Below are positions 19,454 to 30,150 of a DNA stretch of 64,000 nt, piece by piece (positions within the stretch are counted from its first letter, which is position 1; each line of letters opens with the position of its first letter). A program made the translations under genes and the position numbers. This DNA comes from an uncultured Gammaproteobacteria bacterium (lineage in GTDB: Bacteria > Cyanobacteriota > Vampirovibrionia > 2-02-FULL-35-15), in the NCBI GenBank assembly GCA_964602915.1, contig CAZRTB010000003.1, positions 146,809 to 210,808 of the forward strand. The letters are read 5' to 3'. The notes below the pieces were generated by a model, which saw nothing but the letters and a program-made list of their open reading frames with translations, did not search any database and was not told the DNA's origin.

Positions 19454-20263
19454 CTAATATCCCATTGATCTTAAGAGCAATGCCTGAGAAATCTCCATAA
19501 ATCCTTGCTTTAACTTTCCTTCTTTAATGCTTAATTCCCCTAAGAAAAAGTAAGGTGCAGGATTATTTGGATTTTGTTTTATTACTTCATTCCAAAGAGA
19601 TTTTGCACTTTGTACTTCATCAAATTGTTCTGCCAAAATAAAAGCATAGTAAGTTTTTGCCCACTCATCATTTGGATTATGTTTTAGTAAGTCTTGAAAA
19701 TATAAAACACTTTTTTCTAGATTTTCCTTAATTTCAGGATTGTTGTCTATCTGAATAAGTTTCTGTGATCCTAGCAAATCAATACTTGTTTGTTTTTTAG
19801 ATTTATCTACACTCTTTAATTCATTTTTTTCTTTCTCTAGTTTTTCTTTTTTTTCTATCTGTTTTGAAATGTAGTATGCCTTGAGATAATGACTAAATGC
19901 CAGTCTGTATCTAATGTTATTTACATCAGGAGCTTCAGAATTGTTTTTTAAAATTTCATTATATTCTGTTATCTTCTTTTCAATAACTCCTTCATTCTCA
20001 GGTTTTCTAATCAGTTTCTTAGTTTTTCTTAGCTCTTTAATCGCCTCCTCAACAAGACTCGTTCTCGTTAATGCAATAGCAAGATTAAAATGTGCCTCAG
20101 GATTATCCGGATACTTAACAGCTTGTGCTTTTGCTATTTTTAAATCATCAGTTAATGAAATATCTTCAGTATCAGTATTTATCATTAATGGTTCTTCAGC
20201 TAATGCAAAGTTAAGATTTGAAAGCAATGCAATAAAAAGGACAAAAAAAAGAAATTTTCTCAT
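19454..20263 (-). CDS. Secreted TPR protein
   Basis: Signal peptide; PDNPEAHFNLA and NPNNPAPYFFLG. Confidence 0.85.
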   Translation of the reverse strand: MRKFLFFVLFIALLSNLNFALAEEPLMINTDTEDISLTDDLKIAKAQAVKYPDNPEAHFNLAIALTRTSLVEEAIKELRKTKKLIRKPENEGVIEKKITEYNEILKNNSEAPDVNNIRYRLAFSHYLKAYYISKQIEKKEKLEKEKNELKSVDKSKKQTSIDLLGSQKLIQIDNNPEIKENLEKSVLYFQDLLKHNPNDEWAKTYYAFILAEQFDEVQSAKSLWNEVIKQNPNNPAPYFFLGELSIKEGKLKQGFMEISQALLLRSMGY

Positions 20264-20270
20264 TATTCTT

Positions 20271-21083
20271 TTATCCTTTCCCTAATTGAATAGATCTATC
20301 ATTAGCGGCTTTAATAGCTTTGTATACTATATTTTCAAAGTCATTTTTTTCAAACGTAGTTATAGCAGAGTGAGTAGTACCATTAGGAGATGTAACCATT
20401 TCTCTTAGTTTTCGAGGAGATAGATCTTTTAAAGTATTTAACATTTCAAGTGTACCCAATCCTGTTTGTAGACTTAATAATAATGCAGTATTTTCATCTA
20501 GACCACATTTTTTACCACTTTTAATCAGTGATTCTATTAAGTAACAGAAATATGCAGGTCCTGAACCACTAAGAGCCGTAACAATGTCAAATTTCTCTTC
20601 TTTTAATTCAAGAGTTTTCCCAATTGATGAAAAGATTTTTTTAGTAAATTGTTTTTGAGACTTTGATACATACTTATTAAATGTTAGAACATTTATTCCT
20701 TTACCTATCTGGCAGGGAGTATTTGGCATTACTCGGCCTATAGGAATTTTTCTTTTTCGAAGGGAAGATTCTATTTTTTTTACTTTTACTCCAGCGGCTA
20801 TAGACAAAAGAAGAGTATCATCATCAATATACTCATTCAAATCATTAAGCAATACAGAAATATCTTTCGGTTTTACAGCAATTAAAACTGACTTAAATTT
20901 TACTCTTTTTAAATCTGTAATATCTTTTATTGCCTTAAATCTAGAATGACTTAAATGTTTAATTCTTTCTGGGGATTTTTCTAAGAAAAGGAGATCATTA
21001 GCTAAAAAAACTTTCTTATCAACTATGCCTTTTGCTATAGCATAGCCCATATTTCCTCCACCAATTATTAGTAGCTTCGTCAT
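20271..21083 (-). CDS. proC: Pyrroline-5-carboxylate reductase
   Basis: GGGNMG, AVKP, RVMPNTP, SGSGPAY, VTSPNGTT. Confidence 0.97.
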   Translation of the reverse strand: MTKLLIIGGGNMGYAIAKGIVDKKVFLANDLLFLEKSPERIKHLSHSRFKAIKDITDLKRVKFKSVLIAVKPKDISVLLNDLNEYIDDDTLLLSIAAGVKVKKIESSLRKRKIPIGRVMPNTPCQIGKGINVLTFNKYVSKSQKQFTKKIFSSIGKTLELKEEKFDIVTALSGSGPAYFCYLIESLIKSGKKCGLDENTALLLSLQTGLGTLEMLNTLKDLSPRKLREMVTSPNGTTHSAITTFEKNDFENIVYKAIKAANDRSIQLGKG

Positions 21084-21195
21084 TCGTGATAACTATTAAT
21101 TGTCAGTTATGGCTTCTTAAATGTCAATTAGATTATCTTATATTATTCGCTTTTTCATGTATTTCTGATAGAATATATCTTTCAAAGTCAAAGTT

Positions 21196-22413
21196 ATGTC
21201 AATTAAGTCAGATGAAAAAGCAACCAATTCCACTAGCACTTTTAAAGTAGCAGAAAGACTAAGTTATGTACCTATTTACAGCTTTGCAAAACTCGATGCT
21301 GAAAAACAATCCATAATAAGTAAGGGTGTTGATGTAATTGACTTAAGCTTAGGTAGCCCAAATCTTCCCTCGCCCAAAATAGTAATAGATGAATGTATTA
21401 AAGAAATTCAAAATCCTGTAAATTACAGATATCCACCTTTTAAAGGTAATAAAAATTTTAAATCAGCGGCTGTAGAATGGCTAAAACAAAGATTTAATAT
21501 CGATATTGACCCGGAGAATGAAATTCTTCCACTAACAGGATCAAAAGAAGGAATAACTCACCTTGCATTTGCATTTATTAACCCAGGAGATCTTACAATC
21601 GTCCCAAGTCCATACTATCCTGTACATGCAAGAGGAACACTCTTAGCAGGTGGAAAAATCCATGAACTTCCTCTTAAACCAGAAAACAATTTTCTTCCTG
21701 AACTTGATTCTATTCCTCAAGGTGTCTTAGATAAAGCAAAAATGTTATTTATTAGCTATCCAAATAACCCCACTGGTGCTACTTGCTCTTTTGAATTTTT
21801 AGAAAAAGTTGTTAGCCTATGCAAAAAGAACAATATTATTCTTGTTAGTGATCTTGCATATTCTGAACTTGTTTTTGATGGTAAGAACGTGCACAGTATT
21901 CTTGAAATCAAAGGAGCCAAAGATATAGCGATAGAATTTCACACACTATCAAAGACTTACAGTATGGCTGGATGGAGAATTGCTTTTGTAACTGGAAATA
22001 AAGATATTATTAATGCTTTGTATGAAATAAAAACAAATACTGACTATGGTGTATGTGGAATGATTCAGTCTGCCAGTATTAAAGCTTTTTCAATTCCTCT
22101 TTCAGAGCATAAGAAAACATCAATGATATATCAAGAGAGAAGAGATGTAATGATTGAAAAGCTGGCTAAGCTTGGTTGGAATATTCCTAAACCAGGTGGA
22201 GCTATGTATATATGGTTACCTATACCAAAAAAATATAAATCTGGATTTGATTTTTCTTCTGATCTTCTTCATAAAGCTCACATAGCTACAATACCAGGCG
22301 GATCATTTGGTACTTGTGGAGAAAACTATATTAGATTTGCTCTTGTTGATAATAAAGAAAGACTGGCTGAAGCTGTTGATAGAATGGAAAAAGCTGGCAT
22401 TACTAACCTTTAA
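21196..22413 (+). CDS. Class I/II PLP aminotransferase (LL-DAP aminotransferase-like)
   Basis: GSKEG, YPNNPTG, DLAY, SKTYSMAGWR. Confidence 0.9.
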   Translation: MSIKSDEKATNSTSTFKVAERLSYVPIYSFAKLDAEKQSIISKGVDVIDLSLGSPNLPSPKIVIDECIKEIQNPVNYRYPPFKGNKNFKSAAVEWLKQRFNIDIDPENEILPLTGSKEGITHLAFAFINPGDLTIVPSPYYPVHARGTLLAGGKIHELPLKPENNFLPELDSIPQGVLDKAKMLFISYPNNPTGATCSFEFLEKVVSLCKKNNIILVSDLAYSELVFDGKNVHSILEIKGAKDIAIEFHTLSKTYSMAGWRIAFVTGNKDIINALYEIKTNTDYGVCGMIQSASIKAFSIPLSEHKKTSMIYQERRDVMIEKLAKLGWNIPKPGGAMYIWLPIPKKYKSGFDFSSDLLHKAHIATIPGGSFGTCGENYIRFALVDNKERLAEAVDRMEKAGITNL

Positions 22414-22453
22414 ATAACATCCTAAATATAATAATTGTTATAATTGTCTACGT

Positions 22454-24466
22454 ATGTATTTCATTTTAAGTTTGGTTTTATGCACTTTTCTTTATCTCCC
22501 TTCTTTAGCTAAAGAAGAATTCAATGCACATCTTTTTAATTATCAGCAAGGTGTATCAGCCCATAAAAATGGTGATTTGGAAAATGCTGAACTTTTTTTA
22601 AAGAACTCTTTAAATATGGCTCCTTTAAATACTCCAGCATTAATTGAATTAGGAGAAGTCTATATTGAAAAGGGAGATTACAATTCTGCAATTTCTATTC
22701 TTCAAAAAGCCTTAAACACAAATCAAAATGATGCACTTGTACATGTGCTTTTAGGAACTGCCTATCAGGAAATTAAAAAATTTGATACTGCAATATTTCA
22801 TTTTGGTCAGGCAATAAAACTTGAACCAGAGAATACGTTAATCAGAGTAAATATCGGGCTTGCATGTTCACAAAAAGGTGATAACCAATGCACGATTGAT
22901 AACCTTGGGAAAGTTGTTTTAGCCTATCCATTCCAGCTAAGAGCTAGAACTGCTTTAGGAACTGCATATCATTCATCAAAGGATTATGCACTTGCTAAAG
23001 ACCAGTATAAATCAGTACTTGAATATGAGCCAAACAATTTAAACCTCTGGTACAACCTTGCAAAAGTACAAATTGCTCTAAATGAATATGAAGATGCAAA
23101 AATTTCTTTAGACAAAGCTATTGAGATAGATAGTACTATCGCTGATCTGTTTTTAGACAGAGCAAGCGTTAACTACAAACTAAATAAACATGAGATAGCA
23201 GAAAAAGACTATTTAAAAGCACTTAGTGTAGACTCATCAAACCCTGTCACTCCAGCAGAGTATGCTGTTTTCTTATGGATGACTGGCGCTTATTCGAAAT
23301 CTGCTGAGCAATTCAGTAGAGCTTACGAAATGCAACCAGATGACAAGAGTCTACTTTCAAATAAAGCTTATCTCTATCAGCTATCTGGTGAGAGTGAAAA
23401 TGCTATTTCAGCATGGACTGATGTTTTAAAAAGTGACGCTGGAAATACAGTTGCTCTTTTTAATCTAGGGAAACTTTACCAAGAGAAAGAAGACTACCAG
23501 AATTCCATTCAATACTACAAAAAATTCCTATCACAAAAATCTATTAAAAAAAATGAGGTTCATGAGGTTGAGCTAGCTCTTGCTTATTGTTACCAGCAAA
23601 ACAAAAACATAGAGGAAGCTAAAACTTTATATGAAAAGATTCTTACTGAAAGCCCAGATGACAGTACCAGTCTATTTAATATAGCGATTCTATTAATTGA
23701 AGAAAAGAAATACAAAGAGTCAATTCCATATCTTGAAAATGCAATAAAAAACAATTTTGATCCTTTGAAGAAAGCTTACCAAGCACTTACAGAATCCTAC
23801 TTAAATTTAAACGATACATCAAATGCAAAAACCTCTTACAAAAACTGGCTTGATTTAGACAAGGATAATATAGAGGGAAGAATTTCTTTTGCTAAATTTC
23901 TTGCTATGACTGGCGATTCATTAGCCGCAATTGACCAGTACAGAGTAGCGGCCGCATTAGATAACACAAGTGCCAGCAGATTTAAACTTGCACAGTTTCT
24001 TTTAGAACAAAAAGATCTATACGGGGCTTTAGGACAATTTCAGGAATATTTAAAACTTGAACCAAATGATTTAAATGCACTAACCTTAATCGCAAACACT
24101 TATAGAGACTTACACATAAATGAACAGGCTGAAGAGTACTATAAAAAAATCATTGCACTAAGTCCTGAAAATCATCTTGCTTATTATAATCTTGGTTTAA
24201 TCTATCAAGAGAGCAAGAAGTATGAAGAGGCAATTAACTACTTCTTAAAATCTCTTGAGTTTAATGAGAAGTTTGCACCTTCATACTATGCAATTGGATT
24301 ATCTTATATTTTAAATAACGACAAAGAAAATGCAAAAGATTACTTTGAAAAATATCTTTTAGTAGATCCTGCGGGAGAATATAAAGACAAGGCTGAGTTA
24401 AAGTTAAAAGAGATATTAACACCGACTGAAAATACAAAACCAGAAAAAGGTCAACAAAAAGTATAA
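22454..24466 (+). CDS. Secreted long TPR-repeat protein
   Basis: Signal peptide followed by continuous 34-aa TPR patterns. Confidence 0.9.
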   Translation: MYFILSLVLCTFLYLPSLAKEEFNAHLFNYQQGVSAHKNGDLENAELFLKNSLNMAPLNTPALIELGEVYIEKGDYNSAISILQKALNTNQNDALVHVLLGTAYQEIKKFDTAIFHFGQAIKLEPENTLIRVNIGLACSQKGDNQCTIDNLGKVVLAYPFQLRARTALGTAYHSSKDYALAKDQYKSVLEYEPNNLNLWYNLAKVQIALNEYEDAKISLDKAIEIDSTIADLFLDRASVNYKLNKHEIAEKDYLKALSVDSSNPVTPAEYAVFLWMTGAYSKSAEQFSRAYEMQPDDKSLLSNKAYLYQLSGESENAISAWTDVLKSDAGNTVALFNLGKLYQEKEDYQNSIQYYKKFLSQKSIKKNEVHEVELALAYCYQQNKNIEEAKTLYEKILTESPDDSTSLFNIAILLIEEKKYKESIPYLENAIKNNFDPLKKAYQALTESYLNLNDTSNAKTSYKNWLDLDKDNIEGRISFAKFLAMTGDSLAAIDQYRVAAALDNTSASRFKLAQFLLEQKDLYGALGQFQEYLKLEPNDLNALTLIANTYRDLHINEQAEEYYKKIIALSPENHLAYYNLGLIYQESKKYEEAINYFLKSLEFNEKFAPSYYAIGLSYILNNDKENAKDYFEKYLLVDPAGEYKDKAELKLKEILTPTENTKPEKGQQKV

Positions 24467-24468
24467 AA

Positions 24469-25671
24469 ATGAAATTTGAAAATAAATTTATCGTTTCTGG
24501 AGAAGTTCAATATTTGCCTGGAGGATTTTCAGAGTTAGAGAGATTATTAGCTGAAGCTGACAGTAAAAAGAAAAAGCTTAGAGTTAAATTAGGTATAGAT
24601 CCAACCAGTACTGACTTACATTTAGGTCATACTGTTTGCTTACATTATCTAAGGAGATTCCAAGAACTTGGACATATGCCCATTCTATTAATCGGTGGAT
24701 TCACTGCTATGGTAGGTGATCCCAGTGGAAGGAATGAAGCAAGACCACCACTTACACATGAACAGGTTGAAAGTAATGCAAAAACATATCTTGAACAAGT
24801 AAGTAAGATTTTAGATACTTCACCAGACAAACTAGAGGTGGTAAATAATTATGATTGGCTTAGCAAGCTTTCTTCCACAGAACTTTTACAATTAGCTCAT
24901 TTAGTTACTATAAACCAGCTCGTCGGAAAAGAAGCTTTTGGAACCCGCATGGATAAAGGAGAACCTCTTTATTTACATGAAGTCTTATATCCGATTTTAC
25001 AAGGCTATGATTCAGTAGCTATTAAGGCAGATATCGAACTCGGTGGCATAGATCAAACTTATAATGTGCTTTTTGGGAGACATCTACAAAAACACTTCAA
25101 ACAAAAAGAACAACTAGCAATTCTTCTCCCACTATTAATAGGACTTGATGGTACAAAAAAAATGTCTAAATCATTTGGAAACTACATAGCGCTAAATGAT
25201 ACTCCTGGTGAGATTTTTGGCAAATCAATGAGTATTCCTGATGAGCTCATAATTCACTATTTCAAACTAGTTACAGATTTAGGTTCTGAAGAGATTAAGC
25301 AATATGAGCTGGATTTAAAATCTGGAAAGAATCCTAGAGATATAAAAATGGATTTAGCTTGTAAATTAGTAAGCCAGCTACACGATAAATCATCTGGAGA
25401 TCATGCTAAAGAAAATTTTATTAAACAATTTCAAAAAAATGAGATCCCTGATGATATTGATGAATATAAATTAAATGAGCCTATCAGAGTTACAGATCTA
25501 ATGCTTACAGCCAAACTAGTACCTTCAAAAGGTGAAGCAAAAAGACTTATAGAAGGTGGCGGGGTGAAACTTCAGTCAGAGAGAGTTACTGATCCAAATC
25601 TTTTAATATCTAAAGAACATAAGAATTTGGTTTTACAAATAGGAAAAAGAAAATTTATTAAAATAATCTAA
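24469..25671 (+). CDS. tyrS: Tyrosine-tRNA ligase
   Basis: LGIDPT..LHLGH, GDPSGR, KMSKS, C-terminal S4 domain. Confidence 0.98.
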   Translation: MKFENKFIVSGEVQYLPGGFSELERLLAEADSKKKKLRVKLGIDPTSTDLHLGHTVCLHYLRRFQELGHMPILLIGGFTAMVGDPSGRNEARPPLTHEQVESNAKTYLEQVSKILDTSPDKLEVVNNYDWLSKLSSTELLQLAHLVTINQLVGKEAFGTRMDKGEPLYLHEVLYPILQGYDSVAIKADIELGGIDQTYNVLFGRHLQKHFKQKEQLAILLPLLIGLDGTKKMSKSFGNYIALNDTPGEIFGKSMSIPDELIIHYFKLVTDLGSEEIKQYELDLKSGKNPRDIKMDLACKLVSQLHDKSSGDHAKENFIKQFQKNEIPDDIDEYKLNEPIRVTDLMLTAKLVPSKGEAKRLIEGGGVKLQSERVTDPNLLISKEHKNLVLQIGKRKFIKII

Positions 25672-25679
25672 ATTAAAAC

Positions 25680-27161
25680 ATGTCAGCAAATAACACACAA
25701 AAACCAAAATCAGATTCAAGAGTCAGAGAAATATGTCTCACAAGCTCCTCTTTAAGCGAGGAAGAAATAAGCAGACTTGAAAGTATTACTGATAACTTTC
25801 AGTTTATCTGTGATCTATTAGCAACTGACTTAATGGTTTATACAGAAGCAAAAAAGGAAGACAACTATGTTTTGGTCGATTTAAAAAGACCACACGGACA
25901 TCCTTCTTTATTTTTAGAAAGTTCTGCCGTAGGGAAAACTGTAAATTCAAAGTCAGAACCTTTCGTAAAAAAAGTTTTTGATTCTGGGAAAAAAGCTCAA
26001 GGGGTCTATGGAGTAATGATGGCTGGAAGACCTACCCAACAAGTTATTTATCCTATTTATCACTATGAGAAAATCATTGCCACAATTTGCTTTGAGAAAG
26101 ATTTATATTTAACTGAAAGCTTATTAGGAAAAAACTGGAATAAAGTTGCAGATGATTTAGTAGGTGCTTTAAATCAAAAGAGACACAGGTTAAAACACTG
26201 GCCTCAGCTTACTGGACAAGAGGGTTTCATACTTACTGATAATCAAGACCAACTTCTTTATGTAAGCTATATGGCTCAAAATCTTCTTGTTTCAGTTTTA
26301 GGTGTCAGAGAACAACCTCCTGGAATTAAGCTTTCATTACTATTAAAAGACTTTCATCCAGATATAGTAAAAACCGAACCTGTAATTAATTTAGTAAAAA
26401 GAAGGTATTCTGGCATAGGTGGTACTTTAGAAATTACTAGCTTTGATCTCTCAGACACAAATAAAATCCATGTTTTAAGAGATGTATCAGAGATATCACT
26501 TAAAGAAAAAGAACTAAAAGTAAAAGGTGCTCTTGTAAAAGAAATACACCATAGAGTAAAAAATAACTTAAATGCAGTTGCCGCTCTATTAAGAATGCAA
26601 CTTAGAAGATCTAACAATACAGCAGTTAAAGAAGCATTTCAGGAAGCTATTTTAAGACTTGATAGCATTACTGTTGTTCATGAGTTTTTATCTCAAGCTG
26701 ATAACGTAGAAGTCGTAGGAATCGGGCAATTAATAAAAGATATCGTAAGAAAATTACAGCATGCTCTTGCATATGAAGATAAAACAATAACTGTAATAAC
26801 GAGCTGTCCTGATGACTTGCATTTAAATAGTGAACAAGCTGTAGGTGTTGCTCTTATAATAAATGAGCTTATTTCAAACTGTTATGAGCATGCTTTTACA
26901 GATAAACTTTCAGGAGAAATATCAATAGATATTTCAATTGATAAAAGTAATAAAAGTAATTTTATCTTAACAGTAAAGGACAATGGGAATGGAATGCCTG
27001 ACACTTTCGATCAAGATAACCCAAGTAGTTTAGGCTGGCACATTGTTAAGACCCTTGTGACTGAGGATTTAAATGGTAAAATTTATATAAATAATATGGT
27101 TGAAAATGGTAAAAATAAAGGTACTGAAATAAAAATAGAGGCAAAAGTTGATGTCAAATAA
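25680..27161 (+). CDS. Soluble HisKA_2 sensor kinase, PdtaS/EutW-like
   Basis: No TM; Q.ICDL..TD N-terminal domain, EIHHRVKNNL, NELISN...HAF, DNG.G, SLG..IV. Confidence 0.88.
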   Translation: MSANNTQKPKSDSRVREICLTSSSLSEEEISRLESITDNFQFICDLLATDLMVYTEAKKEDNYVLVDLKRPHGHPSLFLESSAVGKTVNSKSEPFVKKVFDSGKKAQGVYGVMMAGRPTQQVIYPIYHYEKIIATICFEKDLYLTESLLGKNWNKVADDLVGALNQKRHRLKHWPQLTGQEGFILTDNQDQLLYVSYMAQNLLVSVLGVREQPPGIKLSLLLKDFHPDIVKTEPVINLVKRRYSGIGGTLEITSFDLSDTNKIHVLRDVSEISLKEKELKVKGALVKEIHHRVKNNLNAVAALLRMQLRRSNNTAVKEAFQEAILRLDSITVVHEFLSQADNVEVVGIGQLIKDIVRKLQHALAYEDKTITVITSCPDDLHLNSEQAVGVALIINELISNCYEHAFTDKLSGEISIDISIDKSNKSNFILTVKDNGNGMPDTFDQDNPSSLGWHIVKTLVTEDLNGKIYINNMVENGKNKGTEIKIEAKVDVK

Positions 27162-27744
27162 AACTCAAACAAAAACAAAAGTTCTAATTGCTGATGATGA
27201 AGCATTGATTCGTCAGGATATTAAAGAAATACTTACTGAAGCTGGATATGATGTCGTAGCTGAAGCAAAAGATGGGCACCATGCTCTTGAATTAGCTAAA
27301 GTTACTACTCCAGAAATAATGGTATTAGATATAAAAATGCCAAATATAAATGGTTTAGAAGCGGCAGAAGAAATCCAAATTGCATTAAATAAAAGAATAC
27401 CCACAGTAATTTTAACGGCATTTAACCAGCCAGAACTTATTCAAAAAGCTGGTGATATCGGAGCATTTGCTTACCTTACAAAACCAGTAAAACCACAAGA
27501 CTTAATAGCTTCCATTGAAACAGCTAAACACAGAGCAAAAGAAATGGAATCACTACAACAAGATATTTCTGATTTAAAAGAGAAATTAGAAATTAGAAAG
27601 CTTGTTGAAAAAGCAAAAGGTTTAATAATGAAGAAAATGGGATTTGATGAGCCTGATGCAATGCATTTTCTACAAAAGAAATCCATGAATGAAAGAAAAT
27701 CGATAAAAGAAGTTGCTGAAATGGTCATTAGCGAAAACAGCTAA
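27151..27744 (+). CDS. Response regulator with ANTAR RNA-binding domain, PdtaR/EutV-like
   Basis: IADDE, LDIKMP, YLTKP, RKLVEKAKG.IM...EPDA..LQKKSM; overlaps the kinase stop. Confidence 0.93.
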   Translation: MSNKTQTKTKVLIADDEALIRQDIKEILTEAGYDVVAEAKDGHHALELAKVTTPEIMVLDIKMPNINGLEAAEEIQIALNKRIPTVILTAFNQPELIQKAGDIGAFAYLTKPVKPQDLIASIETAKHRAKEMESLQQDISDLKEKLEIRKLVEKAKGLIMKKMGFDEPDAMHFLQKKSMNERKSIKEVAEMVISENS

Positions 27745-27771
27745 TGATTTTGTCATTGCGAACAATGACAA
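27725..27771. repeat. Tandem hairpins between convergent genes; the second is a minimal GTCATTGCG...CAATGAC palindrome
   Basis: TCATTAGC-N7-GCTAATGA (27725-27747) and TTGTCATTG-cgaa-CAATGACAA (27750-27771). Confidence 0.7.
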
Positions 27772-27783
27772 GCCTTTATTTAC

Positions 27784-28902
27784 TTACGGAGAAGGCTTTG
27801 CTTCTATCAGTACAGACTCTTCATCAGGTAAGCTACCTACAGAAATAGCAATAATTTTTACCTGGTTTTGTCTGAGTACTTTAATATGAGCTTTATCTCC
27901 TACCTTTTTATTTCTTACTAATTCAGCAATTTGCCTTGGGTCTGTAATGTCTGTTCCGTCAACTTTTTGAATTATATCTCCAGCAAGAACACCACCCTCC
28001 TGAGCAGGACTTCCTTGAACAACCTCTATTACATAAATTCCTTTTGTATCTTTTGGTACCCCTTCAGCTTTAATTTGCTCTTCTTCTAAAAATGAAGTCT
28101 TAATTCCAATATATGGATGTTTAATTGATCCACTGAAAATTAACTCATCAGCAACTTTTTTTGCATAGTCAGCAGGAATAGCAAAATTTAGATTTTGTGC
28201 ATTTCTTCCAATAATAAAAGTATTTATTCCAATAACTTCTCCAAGTAAATTTACAAGCGGTCCACCAGAATTTCCTGGATTAATTGGTGCATCTGTTTGA
28301 ATATATTTATATGCTCCCTGTGCCGCACCAAAAGTAACTCCTACATGCCTGGATAATGCACTAATAATTCCTAAAGTAACAGTATGCTCTAACCCTAACG
28401 GTGAACCTATAGCTATTACCCAATCACCAGTCCTCAACTCTTTTGTATTTCCAAAGACTGCAGCAGGAAGAGCAACAGCAGGAATTTTAACTACTGCAAG
28501 ATCACTATAGCTATCATGTGAAATTAATTTTCCTTCATACTTTTTTTCATTCTTTAAAGTAACAGTAATTTTATCTGCTTTTTTAACGACATGATAGTTG
28601 GTTAGAATATAACCATCGCTTCTGATAATTACACCTGATCCGGTCCCAGATTCTGGTTGTTGAACTATATCGGGAACTGTAAATTCTACTCCCCCTAAAT
28701 TGAAAGTTTTCTTTTCAGCATTAGTATTTTTTTTTATTTCTACAGATGTATCAATATTTACAACTGATTTACTAACAACTTCTGCAATGTTAGCAATAGT
28801 ATCTGAATCAATTTGTATTTTTGGAAGCTTAGCATTACATCTTATAGAAAATAAAAATACTGACAAGACAAGAAAAAATATCAGATTCTTATAGTTAAAC
28901 AT
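27784..28902 (-). CDS. HtrA/DegP-family serine protease with one PDZ domain
   Basis: GSGVI, LTNYHVV, DLAV, QTDAPINPGNSGGPL. Confidence 0.96.
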   Translation of the reverse strand: MFNYKNLIFFLVLSVFLFSIRCNAKLPKIQIDSDTIANIAEVVSKSVVNIDTSVEIKKNTNAEKKTFNLGGVEFTVPDIVQQPESGTGSGVIIRSDGYILTNYHVVKKADKITVTLKNEKKYEGKLISHDSYSDLAVVKIPAVALPAAVFGNTKELRTGDWVIAIGSPLGLEHTVTLGIISALSRHVGVTFGAAQGAYKYIQTDAPINPGNSGGPLVNLLGEVIGINTFIIGRNAQNLNFAIPADYAKKVADELIFSGSIKHPYIGIKTSFLEEEQIKAEGVPKDTKGIYVIEVVQGSPAQEGGVLAGDIIQKVDGTDITDPRQIAELVRNKKVGDKAHIKVLRQNQVKIIAISVGSLPDEESVLIEAKPSP

Positions 28903-28924
28903 GTTTTTTTAACCTCCACAAATC

Positions 28925-29025
28925 AAATATGAGAGTTTTTTTCAAATTCTCATATTTTTAAATTTCTAAATACTCAATTTGCATTTTACATTAGTTTTTT
29001 CATTTGTGCTTGTATTAATGTAAAA
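28925..29025. promoter_or_regulatory. Two inverted repeats in the divergent htrA/aldolase promoter region
   Basis: AAATATGAGA...TCTCATATTT (28925-28957) and TTTTACATTA-N22-TAATGTAAAA (28984-29025); AT-rich, role unknown. Confidence 0.35.
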
Positions 29026-29156
29026 CAGTCAATACCTCAAACATTTTAATTAAAATGGATTATAGAAAAGTTATAATAGTATATTGAATTTCTTCAATGA
29101 AGATAAATGAAATTTAATTTTAGGAGTTTTGATAGTTTTAAAGAAAGAGGATATAT

Positions 29157-30083
29157 ATGGCAGTGGCAGAGAAAATGGAATTCAAGACAAAAGTAAAAAG
29201 AATGAAACTTGAAGATATGGATATCTCAATTGGTAAAAAAACCAGACTTCATAGAATGCTTTATGAACATGGACCTGGAAATGGAACTCTAATGATTCTT
29301 CCAATTGACCAAGGTATTGAACATGGTCCATTAAATTTCTTTGTAAATCCACCCAGTGAAGATCCAGAATTTCAATTCAAACTTGCTCTTGAGGGCGGTT
29401 ACTCAGCGATAGCAGTGCACATAGGACTTGCTGAAAAGTATTCTAGAAAATACTGTGGAAAAGTACCTCTCCTTTTAAAAATCAACGGTAAAACAAATAT
29501 TCCACCTGACGATGAAGCATTTTCAGGTCTTACATCATCAGTAGAAGATGCAGTAAGATTAGGCGCAGATGCAGTTGGATATACTCTTTTTGTAGGTTCA
29601 CCTAGACAAGATGAAGATATCAGACAATTAAACGATGTTAGATACCAGTGTGAAAAATATGGAATGCCACTAATCGTATGGGCTTACCCAAGAGGTTCAG
29701 CGATTGAAGCTAAAGGTGGGAAAGATTCCCTATATGCAGTTGACTATGCCGCAAGGTTAGCTTGTGAATTTGGTGTTGATGTTGTAAAAATCAATGTTCC
29801 AAAAATTGAAGAATCAAAAATGGATAAATATCCAAAGCCATATAATACTTTAAAGCTTTCATATGATGAAGCTATTGCTAAAGTAGTTCATTCAGCAGGT
29901 AGAACAATGGTTTTATTTTCTGGTGGAAGCAAAGAAAGCGATGCAGACTTATTAAAGAAAGCTAAAGCCGCTATGGATAACGGTGCTACTGGATTAATTT
30001 TTGGCAGAAATCTCTGGCAAAGAGAATACAGTGAAGCACTTAGAATTACTGGTGAGTTAAAAAAATTAATGTTAGCCAGCTAA
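29157..30083 (+). CDS. fbaB: Class I fructose-bisphosphate aldolase (DhnA type)
   Basis: LPIDQGIEHGP, AVRLGADAVGYT, WAYPRG, GLIFGRN. Confidence 0.9.
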   Translation: MAVAEKMEFKTKVKRMKLEDMDISIGKKTRLHRMLYEHGPGNGTLMILPIDQGIEHGPLNFFVNPPSEDPEFQFKLALEGGYSAIAVHIGLAEKYSRKYCGKVPLLLKINGKTNIPPDDEAFSGLTSSVEDAVRLGADAVGYTLFVGSPRQDEDIRQLNDVRYQCEKYGMPLIVWAYPRGSAIEAKGGKDSLYAVDYAARLACEFGVDVVKINVPKIEESKMDKYPKPYNTLKLSYDEAIAKVVHSAGRTMVLFSGGSKESDADLLKKAKAAMDNGATGLIFGRNLWQREYSEALRITGELKKLMLAS

Positions 30084-30099
30084 TAAATTTAAAAACTGA

Positions 30100-30125
30100 A
30101 GAGGGGTTTCAACCCCTCTCTTTTT
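30100..30125 (+). terminator. Rho-independent terminator after the aldolase
   Basis: AGAGGGGT-ttca-ACCCCTCT followed by cTTTTT. Confidence 0.85.
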
Positions 30126-30150
30126 GTATTAAGGTTAAGGAGCATTAACT

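Noticed and set aside
27725-27771. Twin hairpins as an autoregulatory ANTAR site
   Set aside because: Loops are 7 and 4 nt, not A1/G4 hexaloops, and they sit at the gene's 3' end.
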